Positions 20,182 through 29,439 of a stretch of 64,000 nucleotides of DNA are shown here, piece after piece; position 1 is the first letter of the stretch, and the number at the start of each line of letters is the position of its first letter. This DNA comes from an uncultured Gemmatimonadales bacterium (GTDB taxonomy: Bacteria; Gemmatimonadota; Gemmatimonadetes; Gemmatimonadales; Gemmatimonadaceae). The position numbers were made by a program, and so were the translations under genes. The notes beneath the pieces are model-generated. The model was not told the DNA's origin, did not search any database, and saw nothing but the letters and a program-made list of their open reading frames with translations. The stretch spans positions 114,712-178,711 of the forward strand of contig CAWBZV010000004.1 in the NCBI GenBank assembly GCA_963793305.1, written 5' to 3'.

Positions 20182-22040
20182 CGACGTTCACCGGCCGATA
20201 CGCGGCGATATCCGATTACGGCATCATCGGCGACCTGCACACGGCCGCCCTCATCTGCCGATCGGGGTCCCTCGACTGGTGCTGCTTTCCCGCGTTCGAC
20301 TCGCCGTCGGTGTTCGGCGCGATCCTCGACGCCGAGCGTGGCGGGCATTTCGCGATTCGTCCGGTCGGCCAGTACACGGTCGAGCAGCGCTATCTCCCGG
20401 CGACCAGCGTGTTGGTCACGAATTTTCATACCCCGGACGGCGGCATCGTCGAGATGACCGACTTCATGCCGATCGCGCCGAGTGGGGCGGCGCGGCCGTT
20501 TGCCGAGATCCACCGGGGCGTCACCTGCGTGCGGGGCGAGGTGGAGATCGAGATCCGGTTTGCGCCGCGGTTCAACTACGGCGCGGGCGCGTCCTACGTG
20601 AATCCGCGGCGGCACGGGGTCCTGGCGACCGACGCCGAGGACAAGGTGCTGACGTTGGCGGCGCCACAGGAGCTCTGGTGGCAGTTGGACAACGGCTCGG
20701 CGAGCGCGACGATCAAGCTGGTCGCCAGCGAGTCGACCTGGTTCGTCCTGCGATTCGACGACGACGAGGTTCGGGCCGTCGGGTCCTACGAGTCGGAGCG
20801 TCGGTTGGCCGACACCGTCTCATTCTGGCGCGAATGGGTCGGGCGCATCACGTACGACGGCCCCTATCGCGCCGCCGTCGAGCGGTCGGCGCTGACCCTC
20901 AAGCTCCTCTGCTACGAGCCGACGGGCGCGATCGTCGCGGCTCCGACGACCTCGCTGCCCGAGGAGATCGGCGGGGTCCGGAACTGGGACTATCGCTTCA
21001 CCTGGATCCGGGACTCGGCCTTCGTGCTCTACTCGCTCAGCATCCTCGGGCACTCCGAGGAGGCCGACCGTTTCATGTCGTTCTTGAAGCGCGTGGCGCG
21101 GAAAACGACCGATACGCACCTGCAGATCATGTACGGGATCGACGGTCGGCGAAAGCTGACCGAGGAGGTCCTGGCCAACCTGGAGGGCTACCGCGGCTCG
21201 GCCCCGGTTCGCGTCGGCAACGCGGCCTATGCGCAACTCCAGCTCGACGTCTATGGCGAGCTTCTCGAGACGGCGTTCCTCTGGAGCCGCAGCAACGAGG
21301 TCAGCGAAGGGACCTGGGTGACGCTCGAGCGCCTCGTGAGCTGGGTGGCCGCCAACTGGCGGCAGCCCGATAGCGGCATCTGGGAGGTGCGCGACACGCT
21401 CCAGCATTACGTCATGAGCAAGGTCATGTGCTGGGTGGCGCTCGATCGTGGCATCCGTATGGCGAAGGAGTTCTCGCTGCCCGCTCCCATCGAGCAATGG
21501 GAGGTCGAGCGGGACGCCATCCATGCCGACGTCATGGAGCATGGGTGGAGCGAGGAGAAGCAGAGTTTCGTCCAATACTACGGGACGGACGCGCTCGACT
21601 CCTCGAATCTCGTCATTCCCATGATGGGATTCTTGCCGCGCAACCACCCGCGCGTGGTCGGCACGGTCAAGGCGGTCCTCCGCGAGCTGACGTGCTGCGA
21701 CGACGAGATGTGCTATCGCTATCGGAACGACGACGGCCTTCCGGGCGACGAGGGCGTCTTCTCGATCTGCACATTCTGGCTAGCCGAGGCCCTGGCCCTC
21801 TCGGGAGAGCGCGAGCACGCCGAGCGGATCTTCAAGCGCATGCTGGGCCACGCGAACCACCTCGGTCTCTACAGCGAGGAGCTGAACCCTCGCACGGGCG
21901 AGTTCCTCGGCAACTTCCCACAGGCGTTCACGCATATCGCGCTGATCAACTGCGCGCACGTGCTCGACGTGCTGGCCGAGCAGGACCGCCGGTCGTCCGG
22001 GTCGACACCGGTGGTGTTGGACGAGCCGGTCCTGCGATAA
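20178..22040 (+). CDS. Glycoside hydrolase family 15 (trehalase/glucoamylase-like)
   Basis: ISDYGIIGDLHTAAL, AAPTTSLPE, RNWDYRFTWIRD, QLDVYGE, GNFPQAFTH. Confidence 0.93.
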   Translation: MTTFTGRYAAISDYGIIGDLHTAALICRSGSLDWCCFPAFDSPSVFGAILDAERGGHFAIRPVGQYTVEQRYLPATSVLVTNFHTPDGGIVEMTDFMPIAPSGAARPFAEIHRGVTCVRGEVEIEIRFAPRFNYGAGASYVNPRRHGVLATDAEDKVLTLAAPQELWWQLDNGSASATIKLVASESTWFVLRFDDDEVRAVGSYESERRLADTVSFWREWVGRITYDGPYRAAVERSALTLKLLCYEPTGAIVAAPTTSLPEEIGGVRNWDYRFTWIRDSAFVLYSLSILGHSEEADRFMSFLKRVARKTTDTHLQIMYGIDGRRKLTEEVLANLEGYRGSAPVRVGNAAYAQLQLDVYGELLETAFLWSRSNEVSEGTWVTLERLVSWVAANWRQPDSGIWEVRDTLQHYVMSKVMCWVALDRGIRMAKEFSLPAPIEQWEVERDAIHADVMEHGWSEEKQSFVQYYGTDALDSSNLVIPMMGFLPRNHPRVVGTVKAVLRELTCCDDEMCYRYRNDDGLPGDEGVFSICTFWLAEALALSGEREHAERIFKRMLGHANHLGLYSEELNPRTGEFLGNFPQAFTHIALINCAHVLDVLAEQDRRSSGSTPVVLDEPVLR

Positions 22041-22134
22041 CCATCACAATTCGCATCGATCAACCGCGGATTTTTGCCCTTAATACCACGCTCTCGCGCC
22101 GCATATAATGCGGGTTCACCGCCGGGGGCGCTTT

Positions 22135-22310
22135 ATGAAGGCAGACGAAAAATGGGCTCACGGTATGCGGCGCGTCTCCGAACGACGACAGAGGGACCTC
22201 GCGGCCCTGGCGGCGTTGCCGGATGACGCGATAGACCTTTCGGATGCACCTGAACTGGACACTTGGGACAGGCCGATCGTGGGGCGATTCTACCCTCGAG
22301 TCAAGAAGAT
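22135..22310 (+). pseudogene. Truncated BrnA-like antitoxin N-terminal remnant
   Basis: LAALPDDAIDLSDAPELDTWDRPIVGRFYPRVKK resembles the BrnA N-half; the C-terminal DNA-binding part is absent. Confidence 0.55.
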
Positions 22311-22416
22311 TGCAGGCGCGCGTTTGCCAGCGATGTCGCGCGCACGACAACGACTCTGTCGTCGGACATCTCCGGATGGTAGAATTCGCCCATTCCCAGG
22401 CAAATCGGCAGCGCTA

Positions 22417-23163
22417 ATGGCGGATGTAGAACACCTCAGAAACGCTCCGATCACCGAAGCCCTGCTGGATTTTCGCTGTGTACTCGCGCAGGGCGATCAC
22501 AGCAAGACGTTCTTGGATCTAGCAAGGCAAGTCAGTCCCGAATATCCGATTTTGCAGGAGCGTCGGGCTGTAAGCCTCGCTTTTACGATCACGCCAGCAG
22601 CGACGCCGAGCGCATCGGCCGCCGGCGACGCGACGCTGCAGGGCGTCGTTTGTGTATCGTCGAACGGAAAGGACATCGTTCAGTTTCGCGCGGACGGATT
22701 TAGTTATCACCGTTTGAGCCCCTACGAGTCGTGGGCGGCAGCGTTACCCCGTGCGCTCAAAGGATGGAAGCTCTATTCAGCCGCATTAAAACCGACGCTC
22801 GTACAAATCGCGGTCCGCAACATCAATCAGATCATTGTACCGGACGACGTGAACGCGAGTGACTACCTCACTAACGCGCCTAGCGCTCCGCTGAACGAGG
22901 GTGCCGCTCTCACTGGCTTCTATTCGCGCGTCACCTTACATGACCCCGCACTGCAAGTAAGTGCAGGTATTGTTCAGTCGAGCCAGCCCTCACTTCGACA
23001 GGAACCCAGCTTCTTGGTCGTCTTAGATATTGAAGTCGTGAAAGCCTCCCCAACCGGGCTGCCGGAAACGGCGATCGACGGAGCATTGGCTGATTTACAC
23101 GATTACAAAAATCGGCTGTTCTTCGACAGCCTCACCAAACGAGCACTCGAACCCTACCGATGA
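22417..23163 (+). CDS. TIGR04255-like protein
   Basis: HLRNAPITEALLDFR N-terminus, YHRLSPYESW, IAVRNINQI, VLDIEV, LHDYKNRLFFDSLT. Confidence 0.8.
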   Translation: MADVEHLRNAPITEALLDFRCVLAQGDHSKTFLDLARQVSPEYPILQERRAVSLAFTITPAATPSASAAGDATLQGVVCVSSNGKDIVQFRADGFSYHRLSPYESWAAALPRALKGWKLYSAALKPTLVQIAVRNINQIIVPDDVNASDYLTNAPSAPLNEGAALTGFYSRVTLHDPALQVSAGIVQSSQPSLRQEPSFLVVLDIEVVKASPTGLPETAIDGALADLHDYKNRLFFDSLTKRALEPYR

Positions 23164-23615
23164 CAGCAACTGCGATAGCTCCGGTCCAGTCCTCAGCCTC
23201 GGTAACGGAGGAGCGTGAGGGTAGCGAACCCATCGAGAAAAGCTGGCGAAGCAAGATGTCGGTCACGGCGAAGGATGCCGCGTACCGCACGCTAGAAAGG
23301 GCATATGCGGAGTCGTCCAGCGCGGTAGCGCCTATTACTGCGGTCCTTGCGTACCGGTTTCTCCAAAGCTTGCCAGCCACCTTCCCGCTTCCCGAGATCG
23401 AAGCAGAGCCCGACGGGCGCATCGCGTTCGATTGGTTTCAAGATGATGGCGGGATGCTGACTGTCAGCGTGGGCAGGCGAAACGTCCTTGCCTACGCGGC
23501 CCGCATTGGCCCTAAGACCTCTTACGGAACCGAGGTGTTCCTTGGTGGCGTTCCTGGCGAAATCATGGAACTACTGCAGTGGCTGTATTCGCCTCTGGCG
23601 GTTTCGGCTTTTTAG
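23160..23615 (+). CDS. Hypothetical protein, middle gene of the TIGR04255 cassette
   Basis: ATGA overlap with the upstream gene; FLQSLP..PEIEAEPDGRIAFDW..LTVSV..YAA. Confidence 0.75.
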   Translation: MTATAIAPVQSSASVTEEREGSEPIEKSWRSKMSVTAKDAAYRTLERAYAESSSAVAPITAVLAYRFLQSLPATFPLPEIEAEPDGRIAFDWFQDDGGMLTVSVGRRNVLAYAARIGPKTSYGTEVFLGGVPGEIMELLQWLYSPLAVSAF

Positions 23616-24015
23616 GCGACCGGTTGCTGCGCACGAAGAGCTGTCTCGATTCATATTCGAAAGCAGCCATCTCAAGACGCGCAACACGAGGGTACATCGC
23701 AAGGCGTTTCGGCCTGATAAGCGTCACGAGGTATCAGTCTACCGAACATCTGGAATTCCTCGAGACTTGGCGTGGCGAATCGGCCAATACTTCGTTGAGC
23801 CGGCGCACGGCAAACGGTCTATCGCCAGAGCTCGGATTGAGGCTACAGCGGTAGTCTTCGCTGGTCTACGGGTCATTCCGGCTGAACTGCCACCGCGACA
23901 CGCCTGTATTGTCGGGTGGCCCGCGGGTAGCGATGACGACCAGCTTGCGGCCCAAAGGCAGGCTTATGAGCAAGCATTGGCGGATGCCGCTCAGCCGGAA
24001 ATGCGGACCGCGTAG
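23488..24015 (+). CDS. Hypothetical basic protein, possible ADP-ribosyltransferase-like fold (true start uncertain, probably later)
   Basis: EELSRFI..KAFRP..EVSVYR..RHACIVGWP; overlaps the middle gene. Confidence 0.6.
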   Translation: MPTRPALALRPLTEPRCSLVAFLAKSWNYCSGCIRLWRFRLFRRPVAAHEELSRFIFESSHLKTRNTRVHRKAFRPDKRHEVSVYRTSGIPRDLAWRIGQYFVEPAHGKRSIARARIEATAVVFAGLRVIPAELPPRHACIVGWPAGSDDDQLAAQRQAYEQALADAAQPEMRTA

Positions 24016-24027
24016 TCATCGCTAAGC

Positions 24028-24462
24028 CTAGCTGGGGATTTCGAGCAGCAGGTCACGGTAGAACTTCCATTCCGGATCAGGCATCAACGATAGCTCGATC
24101 GGGAAGCTGGGGTCGCCGCCGAGGACGGCGTTGAGCGCGCGCTGGGCTTGATCGCGCGTGTCGCAGTACCAGAGCCAACGCCGTTCTCCGGACTTCATGT
24201 TGACCGAGACGAGGATGGCGTGCCGGCCATCCTCCAGCGCTGGAACGATCCGCTCCTCGAATGCGGCCATCTCCTCGAGTTGCTCATGTGTCGGCAGACC
24301 GTACGCCGCGTGCGACTCGTCAACGAAATACGTCCAACGGATCTCCAGAAGGTTAGGCAATGACCGATCGCCGACGACCGCGGCCAGGTCGGTTCTGACG
24401 CGGATGAAGTACGGGTAGCCGTCCTCCATGCCCTTGAGCAGCGTCCAAAGGCTGTCGTCCAT
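24028..24462 (-). CDS. DUF695-like protein
   Basis: WTLLKG..DGYPYFIRVR, GLPT..QLEEMAAFEE, GERRWLWY, DPEWKFY. Confidence 0.75.
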   Translation of the reverse strand: MDDSLWTLLKGMEDGYPYFIRVRTDLAAVVGDRSLPNLLEIRWTYFVDESHAAYGLPTHEQLEEMAAFEERIVPALEDGRHAILVSVNMKSGERRWLWYCDTRDQAQRALNAVLGGDPSFPIELSLMPDPEWKFYRDLLLEIPS

Positions 24463-24474
24463 GGCCCAACATAC

Positions 24475-24506
24475 AAGGGCCGCCAACGCGAAGCGTGGCG
24501 GCCCTT
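24475..24506. terminator. GC-rich intergenic hairpin (possible terminator)
   Basis: AAGGGCCGCCA-ACGCGAAGCG-TGGCGGCCCTT inverted repeat between co-oriented genes. Confidence 0.5.
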
Positions 24507-24536
24507 GGTACTACGCGGACGGAAGAGATTGCGGGG

Positions 24537-25067
24537 TTAGTCGCCCTCCGTATCGTACGCCAGGCCGTCGGCCTCGCGCAGCGTGTCGAGCAGGTGCTCG
24601 CCAGTGAGCCACATGGCATCGGTGAGCGGCGTCATGGAGAACCCGATGGCCCGGCGCGAGCCTTCTGGCCAGTCCGGCATGGAGAGCCCGGCGACCAGTC
24701 GCCGGATCATCTGTCCGAACTCACCGAGCAGCCGACCGGCGGTTTCGCGGAGCTGATCGAACGGAATGGCGAGATCTCGCGTGACCATCTGACCGGTAGT
24801 CGAATCCCGCCACGCGGCGTCGCCGACCGCGCCGCGCTCTGGCCAGATGCCGAGATTACGGACCGTACCCGAGTGCTCGTCCGGCGTACGGCCAGTTTCG
24901 ACCGCCGCCGCCAGGGCGAGCGCGAGTGATTCCGGCGTGGGCTGCCCATACAGGGTCACCACGTTGCGCGGCGGCCGCTCGGGGTGCAGCAGCGCCGGCA
25001 CGGAGTTCACGTGCGCCAACACAAGTGAGTGCTCTGGGAGATCCTCGAGCATCACGAGGACATCCAT
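24537..25067 (-). CDS. Hypothetical protein
   Basis: GGAGG RBS upstream of ATG 25067; no family recognised. Confidence 0.6.
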   Translation of the reverse strand: MDVLVMLEDLPEHSLVLAHVNSVPALLHPERPPRNVVTLYGQPTPESLALALAAAVETGRTPDEHSGTVRNLGIWPERGAVGDAAWRDSTTGQMVTRDLAIPFDQLRETAGRLLGEFGQMIRRLVAGLSMPDWPEGSRRAIGFSMTPLTDAMWLTGEHLLDTLREADGLAYDTEGD

Positions 25068-25148
25068 ACCCCTACCTCCATTTACTAAAAAGATGACGAA
25101 CTCCCTCTCTGCATCTACGAGCCGCGCAGGCGAATAGTTCCCGCCTGC

Positions 25149-25198
25149 GCCGCTCCGCGGCACGTCGAGGCTCGCTTCGCTCGCTCGACTGGTCGGTT
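25149..25198 (-). repeat. Dispersed structured intergenic repeat, copy 2
   Basis: Plus strand GCCGCTCCGCGGCACGTCGAG..CTCGACTGGTCGGTT. Confidence 0.85.
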
Positions 25199-25242
25199 TA
25201 CCAGTCGCTCGCTTTCGCTCGCTCCGTGATGCAGCGCACATT

Positions 25243-25710
25243 CTACGTTCCGCGCGTGTCTATACGGGCAAGAGCTATACCGCCTACGAATGCCCCCGTT
25301 AAGACTGCGTAGAACAGGGTTGCCTGCGCCGCGAAGGCCGTCAGATCGTTGCCGAACCGCAACACCGATGATGCAAGCCACACATTGAGCGCCCAGATCA
25401 CCGCACTGCTCGCGGCCGCGGCAATGATCAGTCGCACGCCGCGCGCACGCGCTGCAAGAGCGACGAACAAGAAGGCCCAAAAGAACGCGATCAGCGTGTG
25501 GAGGGCGAGTCCCACGAGCGTGGCGGTGGCAACCGACGGCGTGGCAGCCGGCGCGAGCGTCGCCAGTGCTTGGCGTCCCGCGGCGGCAAAGGGATTGTAG
25601 TGCCCGGGCCTCGCGATCCCCAGCATCGCGCCGGCGGTCGCCGACGCCGCCAGGGCGCCGGTGATGAGTCCGGCGCGCACGCGGTTCTCCGTGTTGACCT
25701 CAACGTGCAC
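25243..25710 (-). CDS. Hypothetical integral membrane protein (start approximate)
   Basis: About four hydrophobic segments in the C-terminal part of ORF 25243-26337. Confidence 0.6.
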   Translation of the reverse strand: MHVEVNTENRVRAGLITGALAASATAGAMLGIARPGHYNPFAAAGRQALATLAPAATPSVATATLVGLALHTLIAFFWAFLFVALAARARGVRLIIAAAASSAVIWALNVWLASSVLRFGNDLTAFAAQATLFYAVLTGAFVGGIALARIDTRGT

Positions 25711-25815
25711 GCGGGAAAAGAAAGTCCGGTCAGGCTGTCCGCGCCATGGACGAGTTGTCCCCCTGCCTTCTCGGAAGGGTTGCCGCGTGTGGGCATCGTT
25801 CGCACCTTTCCGGTC

Positions 25816-26557
25816 ATGGCGCAGACTGCGGCATTCCCGGCGACGATCCTCGTCGTCGAGGACCGACCCGAGGTCTTGGAGGTCGTGCGCCGGACCCTGG
25901 CTAGCAACGGGTACACCGTGCGCACCGCGGAGGACGGCGAGGCGGGATTGAACCTCGCGCTCGACCTCCGGCCCGACCTCGTGATCCTCGATATCGGCCT
26001 CCCGAAGCGCTCCGGGTTGCACGTGGCCCGCGAGCTTCGCAATCGCGCGTATCGTGGGCCCGTGCTCATGCTGACCGCGCTCGATACCGTCTCCGACAAG
26101 GTCGTCGGGTTCGACGCCGGCGCCGACGATTACTTGGCGAAGCCGTTCGATTACGAGGAACTCCTGGCGCGGGTCAAGGCGTTGCTCCGGCGGTCGACCA
26201 TCCGCGCGGACGACACTGTCATGCGCGTGGACGACCTCACGCTGTCGCCGCTCACCCGAGAGGTCGTGCGAGCCGGCGAGCTGATCCCGCTGACCGCGAA
26301 AGAGTACGCGCTGCTCGAGTACCTCATGCGCAATCAAGGGCGCATCCTGACGCGAGAGCAGATTACGGACGAAGTCTGGAAGTCAGAACGTCGACGGGTC
26401 TTCGAATGTCGTCAACGTCTATATCTCTTATCTTCGTCAGAAGATCGATACGCCCAATAAGACGCCGCTGCTCCACACTATCCGTAAGACAGGGTACTGT
26501 CTGAGCACCGAACGGCCGTCGCGCAAAGGGGACCGGGCGTCCGGCGAGCCAGAATAG
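25816..26557 (+). CDS. OmpR/PhoB family response regulator, frameshift near 26390
   Basis: ILVVED, LVILDIGLP, GADDYLAKPF, LTAKEYALL; second frame SNVVNVYISYLRQKID..LHTIRKTGY. Confidence 0.9.
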
Positions 26558-26598
26558 GCCAATAGTTAACAGGGGGCCGTGATGCGCGTCCAACGTGT

Positions 26599-28194
26599 AT
26601 GCGCGCTCATGGTCTAGCCGCTGCCTACCTGTGCTTTTTGGTCGGTTGCGCGAACGCCCAGAAACTGACGCCGACGCCGACACCCGACTCCGGCCGTGAA
26701 CTGACGGCGGATCAGCAGGTGTACCAGGCGCTGACGCGCTTGTCGTTCGGCCCGCGCCCAGGCAATGTCGCGCGTGTGCGCGGGATGGGCGTCGATCGCT
26801 GGATAGAGGCGCAGCTGGAGCCAGATCGAATCAACGATCGAGCGACCGACGATTTCGTCGAAGAGCACTTCGTGGTCGTCACGCAGGCGCCGTCGCAGCT
26901 CGAAGACGAATTCCCGCGCGGCAAAGCCCAAGCTGACACAGCGGCCCGCAAGCAAGAAGCGATGAAGCGCCGCCAGATCACGGTCGAGCTGCAATCGGCC
27001 AAAGTCGCCCGCGCCGTGATGTCGGACCGCCAGCTCCAAGAAGTGATGGTCGACTTCTGGGAAAATCATTTCAACATCTTCGCCGGCAAGGGCGGCCCCG
27101 AGCAGTACCTCCTGCCGGACTACGACCGGACCGCCATCCGCCCATACGCCCTGGGGCGATTTCGCGATCTCCTCGGCGCCGTGGCCCACAGCCCGGCCAT
27201 GCTCTTCTATCTCGACAACTGGGAAAGCGTGGCCGACAGCGGCCAGCCCACCCTCGGCCCTACCCGTCGCCCATTTCGCGCGCAGCGCAAGGCGCGTGGC
27301 CTCAACGAGAATTACGGCCGCGAGCTCCTCGAGCTCCATACCCTCGGCGTGGACGGCGGGTACACACAGAAGGACGTGATCGAAGTCGCCCGAGCACTGA
27401 CGGGCTGGTCGATTGCCGGCCCACGGCAACCGAACCCGGGCACGTTCGTGTTCCGCCCCGAAGTCCACGACGCCGGCGTCAAGCAGGTCCTGGGACATAC
27501 GATCCAGGCCGGCGGCGGTGAGCAGGATGGCGAAACCGTGCTCGATATCGTCGCCCGGCACCCATCGACCGCCCGCTATATCGCGAAGAAACTCTGTATT
27601 CGCTTCGTGAACGACAGCCCACCGCCCGCGCTTGTCGACCGCGCCGCGGCGACGTTTACGCGGACCAATGGCGACATTCGCGAAGTCGTTCGGACGATTA
27701 TTACGTCGCCCGAGTTTTTCTCGCGCTCCGCCTATCGGAGCAAGGTGAAAACGCCATTCGAAGTAGTGACGAGTGCACTGCGAGCCCTAGGAGCCGTGGC
27801 GGACTCGACCCCACGCTCGGCCCAGGTCGTGGCCCGGCTCGGTGAGCCGCTCTACGGACACCAGGCGCCGAACGGGTACGCCGAGACGGGCGAGAGTTCG
27901 ATGAACACGGGCGCGATTCTCGCTCGGATCAATTTCGGGCTCGCGGTCGCGGCCGACCGCGTGCCCGGCGCATCGCTCGAACGCTGGCCGCTCGCGGCGC
28001 AGTTGGCGAGCGCGCCGCGGGAGGCGCAAGTTGATGGCGTGGTCACCGCGCTCCTCGACGGCGACGCGTCACCCGATACGCACCGTATTTTGTTGACCGG
28101 CTCGAACCCGATGCTGACCGAGACACCATCCCAGACCGGCTTTGCCCAGATAGTGGGATTGGCGCTCGGCGCACCGGAATTTCAGCGGAGGTAG
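26599..28194 (+). CDS. DUF1800 family protein (lipoprotein-like signal)
   Basis: RLSFGPRPG, QLQEVMVDFWENHFN, PAMLFYLDN, NENYGRELLELHTLG, PEFQRR. Confidence 0.9.
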   Translation: MRAHGLAAAYLCFLVGCANAQKLTPTPTPDSGRELTADQQVYQALTRLSFGPRPGNVARVRGMGVDRWIEAQLEPDRINDRATDDFVEEHFVVVTQAPSQLEDEFPRGKAQADTAARKQEAMKRRQITVELQSAKVARAVMSDRQLQEVMVDFWENHFNIFAGKGGPEQYLLPDYDRTAIRPYALGRFRDLLGAVAHSPAMLFYLDNWESVADSGQPTLGPTRRPFRAQRKARGLNENYGRELLELHTLGVDGGYTQKDVIEVARALTGWSIAGPRQPNPGTFVFRPEVHDAGVKQVLGHTIQAGGGEQDGETVLDIVARHPSTARYIAKKLCIRFVNDSPPPALVDRAAATFTRTNGDIREVVRTIITSPEFFSRSAYRSKVKTPFEVVTSALRALGAVADSTPRSAQVVARLGEPLYGHQAPNGYAETGESSMNTGAILARINFGLAVAADRVPGASLERWPLAAQLASAPREAQVDGVVTALLDGDASPDTHRILLTGSNPMLTETPSQTGFAQIVGLALGAPEFQRR

Positions 28195-28197
28195 ATC

Positions 28198-29439
28198 ATG
28201 GAACGCCGGGTTTTCATGAAAGAAGGCGCGCTCGCGCTCGTGACCCTCGGGCTCTCCCCGCGGTTCTTGCGGCGCACGGCGTTCGGCATGGAGCTCTCGC
28301 ACGCGCGCCAGGGAAAGAAGACGCTGATCTGCCTCTTCCAGCGCGGAGCCGCCGATGCGCTCAACATCGTCGTGCCGCACGGCGAGACGGCGTACTACTC
28401 GATGCGGCCGTCGATCGGTATCCCGCAACAAACCGTGCTCGACCTCGACGGCTTTTTCGGCTTCCACCCGTCATTGGCGCCGTTCAAGTCGCTCTACGAC
28501 CGCAAGCTTCTGGCCCCTGTTACCGCCGTCGGGTCGCCCAGTACCACGCGTTCGCACTTTGACGCGCAGGACTACATGGAGACCGGCACGCCGGACGATA
28601 AGAACACGCCGGACGGCTGGCTCAATCGCTACTTGGCCGCCAAGGGGACCTGTGAGGAATGCAAAGTCACGCCGTTCCGCGCGGTCGCCCTCGCACCCCA
28701 AACGCCTCGGATCCTGGAAGGCCCCGCGCCAACCGTGGCGATGAACAGCCTGGCCGAGTTCAGCATTCGGGCAACAGGGAATGACGTCGAGCGGCTGGAA
28801 GCGCTGTATCGCACCGGTTCGGCCGACTTGGTCCATGGGACAGGCGCCGAGATGTTCGACGCCGTGAAGATGCTCAAAGCCGCGAATCCGCAGTCGTATC
28901 AGCCTTCAGGCAACGCGGTCTATCCCAGGAGCCAGTTCGGCCAGCGGCTGCAGCAGATCGCCCAGTTGATCAAGATGGACCTGGGCGTTGAGATCGCGTT
29001 CGCGGACGTTGGCGGCTGGGATACGCACGTCAATCAAGGTGCGGCGACTGGTCAGCTCGCGAATCGGCTGGACGACTTTGCCAAGTCCATCGAGGCCTTG
29101 GTGAACGATCTCGGTGATCGCATGTCTGACGTGACCATTCTGACGATGTCCGAGTTCGGGCGCATGGCGAAAGAGAATGGGAACGGCGGGACGGATCACG
29201 GACATGCCGGCGCGCTGTTCGTGATTGGTGGCGACGTGAAGGGCGGGAAGGTCTACGGCAAATGGCCCGGGTTGCAGCCCGAGCAGCTCTACGAAGGACG
29301 GGATCTCGCACTGACCACTGACTTCCGGTCGGTGTTCGCCGAAGTCGCCGGGCGACATCTCGGCGCGACGCAACTGGGTGAGATCTTCCCAGGGTATTCG
29401 GGTTCCAAAGGAGACTGGTTGGGCGTCCTATCGGCATGA
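28198..29439 (+). CDS. DUF1501 family protein (Tat-like signal)
   Basis: ERRVFMK, FQRGAADALN, RSHFDAQ, GGWDTH, SEFGR, GTDHG. Confidence 0.9.
   Translation: MERRVFMKEGALALVTLGLSPRFLRRTAFGMELSHARQGKKTLICLFQRGAADALNIVVPHGETAYYSMRPSIGIPQQTVLDLDGFFGFHPSLAPFKSLYDRKLLAPVTAVGSPSTTRSHFDAQDYMETGTPDDKNTPDGWLNRYLAAKGTCEECKVTPFRAVALAPQTPRILEGPAPTVAMNSLAEFSIRATGNDVERLEALYRTGSADLVHGTGAEMFDAVKMLKAANPQSYQPSGNAVYPRSQFGQRLQQIAQLIKMDLGVEIAFADVGGWDTHVNQGAATGQLANRLDDFAKSIEALVNDLGDRMSDVTILTMSEFGRMAKENGNGGTDHGHAGALFVIGGDVKGGKVYGKWPGLQPEQLYEGRDLALTTDFRSVFAEVAGRHLGATQLGEIFPGYSGSKGDWLGVLSA

Noticed and set aside
24460..24545. attC-like site (GACTAAC..GTTGGGC on the minus strand) suggesting integron cassettes
   Set aside because: Left core does not fit RYYYAAC, no complementary L boxes, no second site or integrase; GTTGGGC overlaps a likely -10 box.
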